Shown here: piece by piece, positions 42,332 through 51,920 of the stretch
Numbering within the stretch: the first letter of the stretch is position 1
How the letters are laid out: each line of letters opens with the position of its first letter
Assembly (NCBI GenBank): GCA_963826115.1
Contig: CAWGVS010000003.1
Location: 67,926 to 131,925, forward strand
Length of the DNA stretch: 64,000 nt
DNA from: an uncultured Candidatus Rokubacteria bacterium
GTDB lineage: Bacteria > Methylomirabilota > Methylomirabilia > Rokubacteriales > DASRDR01
Direction: 5' to 3'
The notes under the pieces: generated by a model
What the model was told of the DNA's origin: nothing
The model's database searches: none
Seen by the model: the letters and a program-made list of their open reading frames with translations, nothing else
Position numbers and translations under genes: made by a program

Positions 42332-43393
42332 CTAGGCGAACACGAACGCCCGGCGCGGGTTGTCCACCAGCAGGGTCTCGATCGTTCGTTCGTCGACGCC
42401 CTTCCGCCGGAGCTGCGGCACGACGCTGACCAGGAGGTGCTGGTAGCCGAAGCCGCCCCACCGCGTGAGGCAGTGCTTGTAGGCAATGTCGTGGGACATG
42501 AGGATCCGGTCCAAATGGCCGTGTTCGATCAGGAAGAGGATCTGGCGGAGGCGCCCCGCGTCGTTCGGCATGTCGAACGAGGGGTTGTAGGGATAGTAGG
42601 ATGTCTCCAGTCCGAACAGGTCGTACTCGAGGTGGACGCCGGTCGCCGCGAGCTCGAGCAGCACCGCGGGGTCGGTGATCGTCCGCTCGATGTGGCACAT
42701 GATCGTGCGCCGGAGGTCGGCGCCCTCGCGACGGATGACGTCCACGATCTCGAGCGGCAGCCGCTCGTGCCGCCCCGGGTGGATCATGAGCGGCGCGCCC
42801 GTCTCCCGCTGGGCCAGCACCGCCGCCTGCACGACCTTCCGCTCGTTGGCGGTCCACGGCCAGCTGGTCCCGATCTCGCCGATGAAGCCCGCGCGGACCC
42901 CCGTGTCCCCCACGCCGGTGGTGAGCTCGGCCACGATCTCGCGCGCGATCCCGTCCACGGTCTTGGCGTCCATGTCCGGCGGGTGCGACGCCGCCACGTA
43001 GTAGCCCGATCCCATGACGATGTTCAGGCCGGTCGCCCGCGACACGCGCGCCAGCGCGAGGGGATCCCGGGACAACCCCCGGTTCGTGGGATCGACGAGG
43101 GTCCGGCCGCCGGCCTGGCGGTACAGGAGGAGCTCGTCCTTCGCAACGCTCTCGTCGGTGAGCCGCAGGTTGTCGAGACTCGAGCTGAAGTTCCGCCGCA
43201 CCCAGCCGAGGTTGTCCATCTGGACCGGCTGGCGTGCGAGCGCCCGTTCCCGCTCGCCGTCGGGCTCCTTGAACATCAGGGTGAAGTCGATGAGGAGATG
43301 CTCGTGCGGGAGCGTGATGCCCATGTCCGCGGCGGCGATCGGGCCGAGCACCGTCTGGGCCCGCCCCGCGAGCGGCGAAGGCGCCATCGTCAT
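42332..43393 (-). CDS. phosphotriesterase-related (PTE/Php, amidohydrolase) protein
   Basis: 353-aa ORF. GITLPHEHLLIDF is the HxH motif. GFIGEIG, MIHPG and SHDI are PTE-family metal ligand contexts. Confidence 0.85.
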   Translation of the reverse strand: MTMAPSPLAGRAQTVLGPIAAADMGITLPHEHLLIDFTLMFKEPDGERERALARQPVQMDNLGWVRRNFSSSLDNLRLTDESVAKDELLLYRQAGGRTLVDPTNRGLSRDPLALARVSRATGLNIVMGSGYYVAASHPPDMDAKTVDGIAREIVAELTTGVGDTGVRAGFIGEIGTSWPWTANERKVVQAAVLAQRETGAPLMIHPGRHERLPLEIVDVIRREGADLRRTIMCHIERTITDPAVLLELAATGVHLEYDLFGLETSYYPYNPSFDMPNDAGRLRQILFLIEHGHLDRILMSHDIAYKHCLTRWGGFGYQHLLVSVVPQLRRKGVDERTIETLLVDNPRRAFVFA

Positions 43394-43427
43394 CTCTCCG
43401 TCGAGCGGGCCCGTCCCGGGCGGCCGC

Positions 43428-44225
43428 TCAGCCCGAACGGAGGAGATAGGGCAGCCACCGGCCGAGGACCCCGGTCAGCGTGCCGTCCTGTTTCAGGCTC
43501 GCGAGGATGTCGTTCAGCTGGGCGAGAAGCTGCGGGTCGTCCCGCCGGACTCCCCAGGCGAGATTCTCGCGGTTGAGCGGCTGCCAGATCCCGGCGAGGT
43601 CGGCCTCGTTCGCCGACACGAGCCATGCGATCGACGGGGCGTCGTGCACGAACACGTCCACCGTGCGGCGCCGGAGCGCCAGCGCGCCGTCGCTCGCGCG
43701 CGAGAGCGGAACGCGCCGGGCGCTGGGGAAGCTCTGCTGCACGAACACGTCGCCGGTCGTCCCCTCGATGAAACCCACGCTCGCCGAGGTCTGGAGGAGG
43801 GCGTCGCGCGAGGGGTAGCGCGCGGCGTCGTCGACGCGCACCAGAGCCATCAGCCCCGCCTCGAGGTACGGCGTCGTGAACGCGATCCGGACCGCCCGCG
43901 CCTCCGTCACCGACATGCCGGACATGATCACGTCGGTCCGGCCCGCCAGGAGGGCGTCGATCTGCCGATCCCACGCGACCTCGACGAAGTAGAGCGGCCG
44001 CCCCAGGCGCGTCGCCACGAGCCGGGCGAGGTCAGCCTCCACGCCGGCGACCTGGCCGGCCTGCCGGAAGACGATGGGCGGGTAGGTCGACGTGACCCCG
44101 ACGCGCAGCGCATTCGCCGGGACCTCGGCCGGTCCCGGAGCGGGTCGGTAGTAGTCCTCGACGCAGCCGGCCCCAAGCGTGGCGAACACGAGCAGGTAGG
44201 CGAGCCGACGGCGCACGCGCGTCAT
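43428..44225 (-). CDS. amino-acid ABC transporter substrate-binding lipoprotein (SBP family 3)
   Basis: Start ATG 44225 (MTRVRRRLAYLLVFATLGAGC, lipobox). LRVGVTSTYPPIVF, DVIMSGMSVT and FTTPYL are family-3 motifs. No cognate permease or ATPase is adjacent. Confidence 0.75.
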   Translation of the reverse strand: MTRVRRRLAYLLVFATLGAGCVEDYYRPAPGPAEVPANALRVGVTSTYPPIVFRQAGQVAGVEADLARLVATRLGRPLYFVEVAWDRQIDALLAGRTDVIMSGMSVTEARAVRIAFTTPYLEAGLMALVRVDDAARYPSRDALLQTSASVGFIEGTTGDVFVQQSFPSARRVPLSRASDGALALRRRTVDVFVHDAPSIAWLVSANEADLAGIWQPLNRENLAWGVRRDDPQLLAQLNDILASLKQDGTLTGVLGRWLPYLLRSG

Positions 44226-44324
44226 ACGAGGCTCCTCTCCCGGCCGGCACACCGGCGCGATCGAATGTCGAGCATCATAGCAGGCCCTCGGGCGTATCAT
44301 GCGAGTCGCCGCGAACCCGGACCG

Positions 44325-44588
44325 ATGCGACTCGCTCTCGCCGCCCTGCTGCTCCTCCTCCCGCTCGCCAGGGCCGCGCGAGCCCAGACCGCCCCACAGT
44401 GCCGGGAGGCGACGGACCAGGCGCTCGCCGCGTTCAAGTCCGCGCTACCGGAGATGTCCGAGCGCGATCGGGCCGGAGCGGAGGCGCTCGTCGACGAGCT
44501 GGAGCGCCTGATCAAGGACAGCCGGGCCCGGAGCGTGGACGAGTGCGTCATCTGGCAGGAGCTCAACCGGCGCGTCGTGAGGTCCTAG
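44325..44588 (+). CDS. small secreted protein, unknown function
   Basis: ATG 44325 (MRLALAALLLLLPLARAARAQT, a signal peptide) within ORF 43014..44588. The mature part of ~65 aa has two Cys. Confidence 0.45.
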   Translation: MRLALAALLLLLPLARAARAQTAPQCREATDQALAAFKSALPEMSERDRAGAEALVDELERLIKDSRARSVDECVIWQELNRRVVRS

Positions 44589-44793
44589 CCCGGTCGGCGC
44601 CTTGCGGACCCGCGGGCGGGCCCGTACCATGTCGTCGCCGCGACACGGTCGTCCCGAGCGAGGTCATCGCGTCGAACCCAGCTCCGGATCGCGCTTCACG
44701 GTGCCGCGTTGCCGCAACGAGGCGGCGCCCGGGGACGCGCCCCGCGCCGCGCAGGGCCGGTGCCCGGCCAGTGCCGGAAGGAGCGCAGGAGCG

Positions 44794-46029
44794 ATGAAGG
44801 CGAGCGGAGGGACGGCCGCGTCCGCGACGCTGGTGGAGAGCGCGTACGCGTGGCGGCGGCTCGTGGCCTCGCTGGCGCTCAGCACCATCGGCGGCGTCGG
44901 CCTCTGGTCGGTGGTGGTCGTCCTGCCGGCGGTGCAGGCCGAGTTCGACGTCGCGCGCGGCAGCGCCTCTCTGCCCTACACCGCCACGATGCTCGGCTTC
45001 GCCATGGGCGGGATCCTCATGGGTCGCCTGGCCGACCGCTTCGGGATCGTCGTGCCGCTCGCGATCTCGTCGGTCGCGCTCGGCCTCGGCTACTTCCTGG
45101 CGGCGCAGGCGCCCACCCTGGGCGCGTTCGCGCTCACCCAGGGCCTTCTCATCGGGCTCCTCGGCAGCTCGGTGACGTTCGGCCCGCTGGTGGCCGACGT
45201 CTCCCATTGGTTCACGCGCCGTCGGGGCATCGCGGTCTCGATCTGCGCCAGCGGCAACTACCTCGCCGGCACCGTCTGGCCCCCGGTGCTCCAGCACTTC
45301 ACCACGACCCTGGGGTGGCGGCGGACGATGGTCGGCGTCGGGATCTTCTGCATCTCGAGCATGCTGCCGCTCACCTTCCTGCTCCGCCGTCGCGCGCCGG
45401 TCGGCCACGGCACGGCGTCCCTCGCCGCGACCCCGGCCGCGGGCCGCGCGCCCATCTCCCCGGGCCGCCTGCAGGCGCTCCTCATGGTCGCGGGGCTCGG
45501 CTGCTGCGTCGCCATGTCGATGCCGCAGGTGCACATCGTGGCGTACGCGAACGACCTCGGCTACGGCGTCGCCCACGGGGCCCGGATGCTCTCGATGATG
45601 CTCGGGCTGGGCGTCGTCAGCCGCCTGGCCTCCGGGTTGATCGTCGACCGCATCGGCGGGGTCCGGGCGCTCCTCCTGGGATCCGCGCTCCAGTGCCTGA
45701 CGCTCGCGCTGTTCCTCCCGTTCGACGGCCTCGTCGCCCTCTACGTCGTCTCCGCGCTGTTCGGGCTGTCGCAGGGCGGGATCGTGCCGAGCTACGCGAT
45801 CATCGTCCGGGAGTACTTCGCGCCGGAGGAAGCGGGGACGCGGATCGGCACCGTGGTGATGGCGACGATCGTCGGCATGGCGCTCGGCGGCTGGATGTCG
45901 GGCGCGCTGTTCGACCTCACCGGCTCGTACACCTCGGCCTTCGTCAACGGCATCATCTGGAACCTGCTCAACCTCGCGATCGCGCTCTGGCTCCTCGGCC
46001 AGCCGCGACGCATCCCCGCGTTCGCCTAG
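44794..46029 (+). CDS. MFS transporter (oxalate/formate-antiporter-like subfamily by feel)
   Basis: ATG 44794 follows GGAGCGCAGGAG, within ORF 44602..46029. Twelve hydrophobic segments. GRLADRFG is the MFS loop 2-3 motif. Confidence 0.8.
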   Translation: MKASGGTAASATLVESAYAWRRLVASLALSTIGGVGLWSVVVVLPAVQAEFDVARGSASLPYTATMLGFAMGGILMGRLADRFGIVVPLAISSVALGLGYFLAAQAPTLGAFALTQGLLIGLLGSSVTFGPLVADVSHWFTRRRGIAVSICASGNYLAGTVWPPVLQHFTTTLGWRRTMVGVGIFCISSMLPLTFLLRRRAPVGHGTASLAATPAAGRAPISPGRLQALLMVAGLGCCVAMSMPQVHIVAYANDLGYGVAHGARMLSMMLGLGVVSRLASGLIVDRIGGVRALLLGSALQCLTLALFLPFDGLVALYVVSALFGLSQGGIVPSYAIIVREYFAPEEAGTRIGTVVMATIVGMALGGWMSGALFDLTGSYTSAFVNGIIWNLLNLAIALWLLGQPRRIPAFA

Positions 46030-46838
46030 CGCGGCGCGGCGGGATCGAGCGGCGTCACGACGCCGGTCGCGCGCATCGCCGCCCGCGCGATGTCGCCGAT
46101 GCACTGCTCGCCCACGTGGAGGTCGGCCATGCCCTCGCAGAACACCGCGAGGATGAGCCGGCCGCCGGGGCCGCTCACGAACCCGACGTCGTTGGTCACG
46201 CCCTTGAGCCCGCCGGTCTTCGAGCCCCAGCGCACCCCGGGGGCCTCCGGCACGTACCGGCCGATCCGCCGCCCGTTCTGCTGCCGCTCGAGCATGGTGA
46301 CCATCGCCGCCGTGCCGGCGGGGCCCGCCGCCCGCCCGTCGAGCAGCATGCGGATCGCCTGCGCGTAGTCCTCGGGCGTCGCCCAGTTCTCGACCTCGTC
46401 CGACTCGGCGGGCTGGCCCCGCATCTCCCGGCCCAGCGTGGAGCCCGTCATGCCGAGCGAGCGGATCGTCTCGTTGACGGCCGCCATCCCCACGCGGCGG
46501 ATGAGGAGGTTCGTCGCCGAGTTGTCGCTGATGCTCATCGTGAGGTAGACGAGGTCCTCGACGGACGGGGCGAGCCCGGTGTGGAGGTGGAGCAGCACCC
46601 CGCTCCCCGCCGCCCGGTCGGCGTCGGTCAGGCGATGCGGCTCGTCCAGCGCGAGCGCCCCTCGCTCGACGCGGCGGTACACCTCGACCATCAACGGGAT
46701 CTTCACCACGCTCGCCGCCCGGAAGCGGCGCCGCCCGTGACGCGACCACCGCTGGCCGGTCGGGCCCTCGAGGGCGACGCCGACGGTCCCGAACGCCTCG
46801 GCGCGGACGACGGCCTCCTCCACCTCGCTCCAGTCCAT
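46026..46838 (-). CDS. class A beta-lactamase-like serine hydrolase without signal peptide
   Basis: Start ATG 46838 (MDWSEVEE). SVVK (SxxK), SDN and KTGG motifs occur in the correct order and spacing. No N-terminal signal sequence. Confidence 0.75.
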   Translation of the reverse strand: MDWSEVEEAVVRAEAFGTVGVALEGPTGQRWSRHGRRRFRAASVVKIPLMVEVYRRVERGALALDEPHRLTDADRAAGSGVLLHLHTGLAPSVEDLVYLTMSISDNSATNLLIRRVGMAAVNETIRSLGMTGSTLGREMRGQPAESDEVENWATPEDYAQAIRMLLDGRAAGPAGTAAMVTMLERQQNGRRIGRYVPEAPGVRWGSKTGGLKGVTNDVGFVSGPGGRLILAVFCEGMADLHVGEQCIGDIARAAMRATGVVTPLDPAAPR

Positions 46839-46855
46839 GTCGGCCCTCTCCTGGC

Positions 46856-48436
46856 TCAGGGAATCGCGTGGCCCGCGAGCACGCCCGTGCAACGCTCGTC
46901 GTCGACGGCCACCTGGCCGTTGACCACGACGAACGGAATACCGGACGGGTAGCGACGCGGGTCGTCATAGGTCGCGTTGTCGATGACGCGGTCGGCGTCG
47001 AAGACGACGAGGTCGGCGAAGTACCCCGGCGCGACGCGGCCCCGCCGGGGCAGACCGAACCGCCGGGCGGGCGCGTCGGTCATCCGCTGCACCATCGCCT
47101 CGAGGCCGAGCCCGCCGAACTCCCGGCGCAGCCGCCCGAGGAAGCGCGGGAACGCGCCGAAGGAGCGCGGATGCGGAAAGCCGCCGGCCGGCGTCATGTC
47201 GCTGCACACCATGTAGTCCGGCCGGGCGAGCAGCGTCATGCAGTCCTGGCTCACCTGCCGCCACACTGCCGGGCTCCGCGGCGGGGCGCCCAGGTGGCCC
47301 ACGTTGAGCTCCTCCTCCAGCAGGAGCCGGCACAGGGTCTCTCCCATCCCCAGGCCCTCGCGCCCGGCGACGTCCGCGAGGCTCATGCCCTCGAGGTGCC
47401 GGTTCCGGGGCAGATACGAGAGCACCACGTCGCTCATGGGGAGGGCGTCCTGGCGGTCGAGGTGGGCGGCGATCCGCCGGCGCTCGGCCGGATCGCGGAG
47501 CCGCGCCAGGATCGCGTCGGGCCCGCCCTCCTGGGCGTCGCTCGGCAGGAAGCTGACCGGGATCGAGCTCCCCGCGGGGTACGGGTAGACGTCGAAGCTC
47601 ACGTCCGCGCCCGCGGCGCGGGCCGGGTCGATGCGCTCCATGATCCGGCCGATCTGCCCGGCCGTCGCCGGCCCCGTCCGGTAGTGCGCGAAGTGGAGGC
47701 GCACGCCCGTCCGCCGCGCGACCTCGAGCGCCTCCGCCACCCCGTGGCCGCCGTGGGCGCGCTCCAGGTTGGCGCTCCGAGGCTCGCACATGTACACGCC
47801 ACCGGCCTCACGGACGATCCGGCACAGCTCGACCAGCTCCTCCGTGTCGGCCCACGGCCCGGGGTAGTACTTCGAGCCGGTCGACAGGCCCACCGCGCCT
47901 TGCTCGAGCCCCTCGCGAACGAGCGCGCGCGCCCGCCGGAGGGCGTCGCCGGCGAGCGGCGCGTCCCGGAATCCCAGGACCTCGAGGCGTACCGTGCCCT
48001 GCGGCACGAGGTAGACCGTGTTGACGGCGACGCGCCGGTGATAGTGCCGGCGGAAGGCCGACACGGACCCCATGTCGAGATCGTCCGGCGGGTCACCCAG
48101 GAGGCCGCCCAGCCACCGGCGGAACAGTCGGTAGTTCCCCGGGGAGAGCGGCGCGTACGACATCCCGTCGATGCCGAGGAAGAGCGTCGTGATGCCCTGG
48201 CGCACGCCCATGGCATTCTGGGGATCGACGAGGAGCGCGCCCTCGGCGTGAGTGTGCGTGTCGATGAACCCCGGCGCGACGACGAGACCGCTCGCGTCGA
48301 TGACGCGGCCGGCCTCGGCCCGGGACAGGTCGCCGACGGCGGTGACGGTCTCGCCGGTCAAGCCGACGTCGGCCCGGTACCCGACGGCCCCGGAGCCGTC
48401 GACGACCGTCCCGCCGCGGACCACGAGGTCGAACAT
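46856..48436 (-). CDS. N-acyl-D-amino-acid deacylase (D-aminoacylase) family amidohydrolase
   Basis: 526-aa ORF. MFDLVVRGGTVVDGSG...APGFIDTHTHAE and the beta-barrel insert architecture are typical of D-aminoacylases. Confidence 0.85.
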   Translation of the reverse strand: MFDLVVRGGTVVDGSGAVGYRADVGLTGETVTAVGDLSRAEAGRVIDASGLVVAPGFIDTHTHAEGALLVDPQNAMGVRQGITTLFLGIDGMSYAPLSPGNYRLFRRWLGGLLGDPPDDLDMGSVSAFRRHYHRRVAVNTVYLVPQGTVRLEVLGFRDAPLAGDALRRARALVREGLEQGAVGLSTGSKYYPGPWADTEELVELCRIVREAGGVYMCEPRSANLERAHGGHGVAEALEVARRTGVRLHFAHYRTGPATAGQIGRIMERIDPARAAGADVSFDVYPYPAGSSIPVSFLPSDAQEGGPDAILARLRDPAERRRIAAHLDRQDALPMSDVVLSYLPRNRHLEGMSLADVAGREGLGMGETLCRLLLEEELNVGHLGAPPRSPAVWRQVSQDCMTLLARPDYMVCSDMTPAGGFPHPRSFGAFPRFLGRLRREFGGLGLEAMVQRMTDAPARRFGLPRRGRVAPGYFADLVVFDADRVIDNATYDDPRRYPSGIPFVVVNGQVAVDDERCTGVLAGHAIP

Positions 48437-48452
48437 GGATCAGCGATCCATC

Positions 48453-48992
48453 CTAGGCCAGCGCGTGGCGCGCGACGGGGCCGCTCAGCGTCTCGCCGCC
48501 CGCCGACACGTACAGCTCGCGCTCGCTCACGGACAGACTCCACGTCACGCGCCGCTCGAGGCGGGCGGCCAGGGCGGCGACGAGCCCCCGGTCGACCGCG
48601 TACAGCTCGAGCTCCGCCGCGCGGTGGATGCGCTCCCCCGCGAGACGGCCGAGCCACGGCGCCGGGTCCCGGTGCGTGTACACGGCGACGCGGTCCACGG
48701 CCTTCGAGGCCCGGTGGAGGCGCGCCGCCTCGGGCGCGCCGACCTCGATCCACGCGCGGAGCTGGCCGGTGAGGTCACGCACGCGGATCGCCGGCTCGTC
48801 CGGCTCGAAGAGCCCGCGCGAGAACTCGATGCCCTCGGTGAACTCGAGGGCGTAGGCGAGGACGCGCGTCACGAGGTACTCCTCGGTCTCCGACGGGTGC
48901 CGGGCGACCCGGAGCGCCAGGGACTCGTAGACCTCGCGGTCCGCGTCCGCGAGCTCGACGTCGAAGGTGTGGATCGTCGCGGTGAGCGCCAC
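48453..48992 (-). CDS. yaeQ: YaeQ-family protein
   Basis: 179-aa ORF. MALTATIHTFDVELADADREVYESLALRVARHPSETEEYLVTRVLAYAL follows the YaeQ N-terminal signature closely. Confidence 0.85.
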   Translation of the reverse strand: MALTATIHTFDVELADADREVYESLALRVARHPSETEEYLVTRVLAYALEFTEGIEFSRGLFEPDEPAIRVRDLTGQLRAWIEVGAPEAARLHRASKAVDRVAVYTHRDPAPWLGRLAGERIHRAAELELYAVDRGLVAALAARLERRVTWSLSVSERELYVSAGGETLSGPVARHALA

Positions 48993-49002
48993 CGGGGCGT
49001 CC

Positions 49003-49698
49003 CTAGCCCGTCCGCCGCCAGACCATCGCGTAGCTGATCGGCATGCCGGCGTAGGCCTGCCACTTCGGCTTCTTCGCGAGCCACGCCGCGTCGACCACGG
49101 CCTCGTCCATCTCCCCGAGCGTCCAGCCCGACGCGAGCGCGGCCGTCGCGTGGTCGCTGAAGAGGTGCACGTAGCTCCGGATGGTGACCGTCTCCCCCGG
49201 CGCCCGATCGAAGTGCGTCGGCGTGCCGGCCATCAGGAAGTACGGGTGGAACCCCACGATGACGAACACGCCCCCGGGCGCGGTGACGCGCGCCCCCTCC
49301 CGGTAGAGCGACGCGACGTCCGGGAGGTGCTCGTCGGCGAGCGACTGGATGCACAGGTCGTACGCCCGGTCGGGGAGCCCGGTGCGCGTGACGTCACCCT
49401 GGTGCAGCGCGCGGTAGATCCCCTTCCCGCGCGCGACCGCGAGCATCTCCGGCGTGAGGTCGATCCCGTCGACGGGGGCTGCGCATCGCGACCGGAGCCA
49501 GACGCCGATCCGGCCCGTGCCGCACGCGAGGTCGAGCACCGCCCGGGCGTGGGACCAGTCGACCGTCCTGAGCCCGTCGAGGAGGCGCAGGTCCATCTCG
49601 GCCTGCACGGTCGCCTCGTAGGTGCGGACCCACGCCCCGTAGCCCTCCCGCACGTCCACGATCGGATAGCGCCGCTTGTCGTAGACCGAGTGGTCCAC
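49003..49698 (-). CDS. class I SAM-dependent methyltransferase
   Basis: Proposed GTG start at 49698, 5 nt after AAGGAGAG (ATG 49746 is an alternative). VLDLACGTGRIG is motif I. The DLTPEMLAVAR and PGGVFVI motifs are also present. Confidence 0.8.
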   Translation of the reverse strand: MDHSVYDKRRYPIVDVREGYGAWVRTYEATVQAEMDLRLLDGLRTVDWSHARAVLDLACGTGRIGVWLRSRCAAPVDGIDLTPEMLAVARGKGIYRALHQGDVTRTGLPDRAYDLCIQSLADEHLPDVASLYREGARVTAPGGVFVIVGFHPYFLMAGTPTHFDRAPGETVTIRSYVHLFSDHATAALASGWTLGEMDEAVVDAAWLAKKPKWQAYAGMPISYAMVWRRTG

Positions 49699-49897
49699 CC
49701 TGACTCTCCTTTCCCAGCCAGCCTCGCGGGCCGGCGACCGCTCCATCGTGTCACACCCGGCCGCCGCAATCCGTCGCGGACGACCGCTGCATAACGTCTC
49801 CGGCCCACGATCCCGCCCGAAACCCGGCTTCCTGCCGGTCGAACGCGCCCCTCCGGCGGCGGCCAGCCTGGTACGAACGTTGCTAGAAATCACCCTC

Positions 49898-50920
49898 ATG
49901 CGATGGACCCTGAGCGGCATCCTGCTCGCGGCCGGGCTCCTCCTGGCCGTGCCGGTGGCCGCGGACGACCCGATCGATGGGGAGCAGGCGCCCGTCGGCC
50001 TCACATCCGACGCCGTAGGCGACCTTCGCCTAGAGATCGACCGGCTCCGCGCCCGGCTCGAGCGGCTCGAGACCGGCCAGTCCGCGCTGCCGCGGGCGCT
50101 CCACGCCTTCGAGCTGCCGGCCAGTCTGCGGTTCGCCGGCGAGCCCGTGCCCCTTGGACGGTGGGACGTCGGGGAGCGCCTCGAGCGGGAGTTCCTCCTC
50201 TCGCTCGGGAATCCCGCCCAGGTGGTCCTGTGGCTGAAGCGCAGCGCCCGGTACTTCCCGTACATCGAGCGCGAGCTAGCGCGCGCGAACCTCCCGGACG
50301 ACCTGAAGTACGTCGCGGTGATCGAGAGCGCGCTCCTGCCGAGCGCCTACTCCCACGCGAGCGCGCTCGGCATCTGGCAGTTCATCGCCACGACGGCCAA
50401 GCGCTACGGGCTCTCGGTGACGTCGGGCTGGGACGAGCGACGGAACCCGGAGCGCTCCACCGCCGCCGCGCTCGCGCTCCTCCGCGAGCTGCGCCAGCGG
50501 TTCCCGGACTGGCCGCTCGCGCTCGCTGCGTACAACTCCGGCGAGGGCCGCATCGACCAGGCCATGCGGCACCAGGGTGTGTCGAGCTACTACCAGCTCT
50601 CCCTGTCCGACGAGACGGAGCGCTACGTCTTCCGGGCGCTCGCCGCGAAGCTGATCCTCTCCGAGCCGGAGCGCTACGGGTTCGAGGTCCCACACGAGGC
50701 CCGGTACCGGCCCTACGACGCCGACGTCGTGGCGGTCGAGCTCCGCGAGCGCGTGGCGGTGGCCGATCTCGCGCGGCGCGCGGGCTCCTTCTACCGCGAG
50801 TTGAAAGCTCTCAACCCGGAGATCGTCGAGGACTGGCTCGGCAAGGGCCGCTACGCGCTGCGCGTCCCGAAGGGCCAGGGCCCGACGCTCCGCGCGGCGC
50901 TCGGAGGCGCCACCCGCTAG
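49898..50920 (+). CDS. lytic transglycosylase (SLT domain, MltD-like) with signal peptide
   Basis: ATG 49898 (MRWTLSGILLAAGLLLAVPVAA). AVIESALLPSAYSHASALGIWQF and AAYNSGEG are SLT catalytic motifs. Confidence 0.8.
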   Translation: MRWTLSGILLAAGLLLAVPVAADDPIDGEQAPVGLTSDAVGDLRLEIDRLRARLERLETGQSALPRALHAFELPASLRFAGEPVPLGRWDVGERLEREFLLSLGNPAQVVLWLKRSARYFPYIERELARANLPDDLKYVAVIESALLPSAYSHASALGIWQFIATTAKRYGLSVTSGWDERRNPERSTAAALALLRELRQRFPDWPLALAAYNSGEGRIDQAMRHQGVSSYYQLSLSDETERYVFRALAAKLILSEPERYGFEVPHEARYRPYDADVVAVELRERVAVADLARRAGSFYRELKALNPEIVEDWLGKGRYALRVPKGQGPTLRAALGGATR

Positions 50921-50940
50921 ACGGGCAGCCGCTTGACACG

Positions 50941-50978
50941 GTCTGGACGCCGGTGCTACCTGTCTAGACAACTAGACA
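50941..50978 (+). promoter_or_regulatory. cluster of HutC/DasR-type operator-like sites (GTCTGGAC, TGTCTAGACA, ACTAGACA) abutting the GntR gene start
   Basis: GTCTGGAC at 50941-50948. Perfect palindrome TGTCTAGACA at 50961-50970. ACTAGACA at 50971-50978, ending 1 nt before the ATG at 50980. The core GTCTAGAC equals the core of DasR/NagR dre-type operators. There is no Shine-Dalgarno before the ATG. Confidence 0.55.
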
Positions 50979-50979
50979 G

Positions 50980-51741
50980 ATGGACGACACCGGCACGGCG
51001 GTTCTCGTAGACGCGCGGCTCGGGGGACGGATCCCCCGCTATCTCCAGATCGCCCGCGCGCTCCGGCGCCGCCTGGCTGGCGCCGCGGCGGGCCCGGTGG
51101 CGCGACTCCCCTCGGAGTTCGCCCTGGCGGCCGAGTTCGGGGTCAGCCGCGAGACGCTCCGCCAGGCGCTGTCGCTCCTCCGGGACGAGGGCCTCATCTA
51201 CTCGCTGGTCGGCCGGGGGACCTTCGCCAGTCCCGGCCATCGCCCGGTCGGTATCCGCATCACCCAGCCGATCAACGAGCCCTACGTCGCGGGACGCCCC
51301 AGCGTCCTCCGGGTCCTCGAGGAGGGCTGGGTGAAGGCGCCGGCGGAGGTGAGCCGCGCCATGGCGGTGCCGGCGCGGACCCCGGTCTACTGCTACCGCT
51401 CGCTGCGCACGATCCGCGGGCGTCCCTTCCGCTACGGGCGCGTCTACCTGCCCCGGGAGATCGCCGAGCGTCTGGATCTCACCCGCCCGCCCGAGCTCAC
51501 GATCTCGGAGCGGGTCGAGCACGAGGCGTCCGTCCGGCTCCTCCGCGCGCAGCAGGCGGTGCTGGCAGTGGCAGCGCCGGCCGAGGTCGCGAAGCAGTTC
51601 GGCCTGGCGGCCGGGGCCCCGCTCCTGATGTTCCGGCGGACCTACTACCAGGACACCGGGGGCCCGGCGGAGTTCGTGCTCGAGTACCAGGACTCGATAC
51701 GGTTCCCGTATGAAGAGACCTTCGTCCGGACGCCGCGCTGA
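50980..51741 (+). CDS. GntR-family transcriptional regulator, HutC subfamily (wHTH + UTRA effector domain)
   Basis: 253-aa ORF. LPSEFALAAEFGVSRETLRQALSLLRDEGLIYSLVGRGTF is the wHTH. The C-terminal part is UTRA-like. Confidence 0.85.
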   Translation: MDDTGTAVLVDARLGGRIPRYLQIARALRRRLAGAAAGPVARLPSEFALAAEFGVSRETLRQALSLLRDEGLIYSLVGRGTFASPGHRPVGIRITQPINEPYVAGRPSVLRVLEEGWVKAPAEVSRAMAVPARTPVYCYRSLRTIRGRPFRYGRVYLPREIAERLDLTRPPELTISERVEHEASVRLLRAQQAVLAVAAPAEVAKQFGLAAGAPLLMFRRTYYQDTGGPAEFVLEYQDSIRFPYEETFVRTPR

Positions 51742-51840
51742 GCGGGCCCCAAGGGGCTCGACGGATGCCGAGACACAGGACCGCCGGAGCGAGGCGCGGG
51801 TCGAGCCGTCGCGCGCTCCGGCGCCATGGACCGATTGCTC

Positions 51841-51850
51841 TACTAGACGG
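51841..51850 (+). promoter_or_regulatory. additional operator-like half site (TACTAGACGG) directly upstream of the binding-protein RBS
   Basis: CTAGAC core at 51843-51848, immediately followed by GGGAGG (RBS) and the ATG at 51860. Confidence 0.35.
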
Positions 51851-51920
51851 GAGGCTCCCATGAAGCGACAGATCTCGCGAGGCATGCTCGGGCTGCCTCG
51901 CCCTCGCGTGCGCGCTGGCG

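Noticed and set aside
41175-43576. 560-aa (minus) and 799-aa (plus) ORFs covering the nucleoside hydrolase / phosphotriesterase region
   Set aside because: They are alternative frames of genes that carry diagnostic motifs (DxDxxxDD, HxH) in a third frame, and they contain no recognisable domains.
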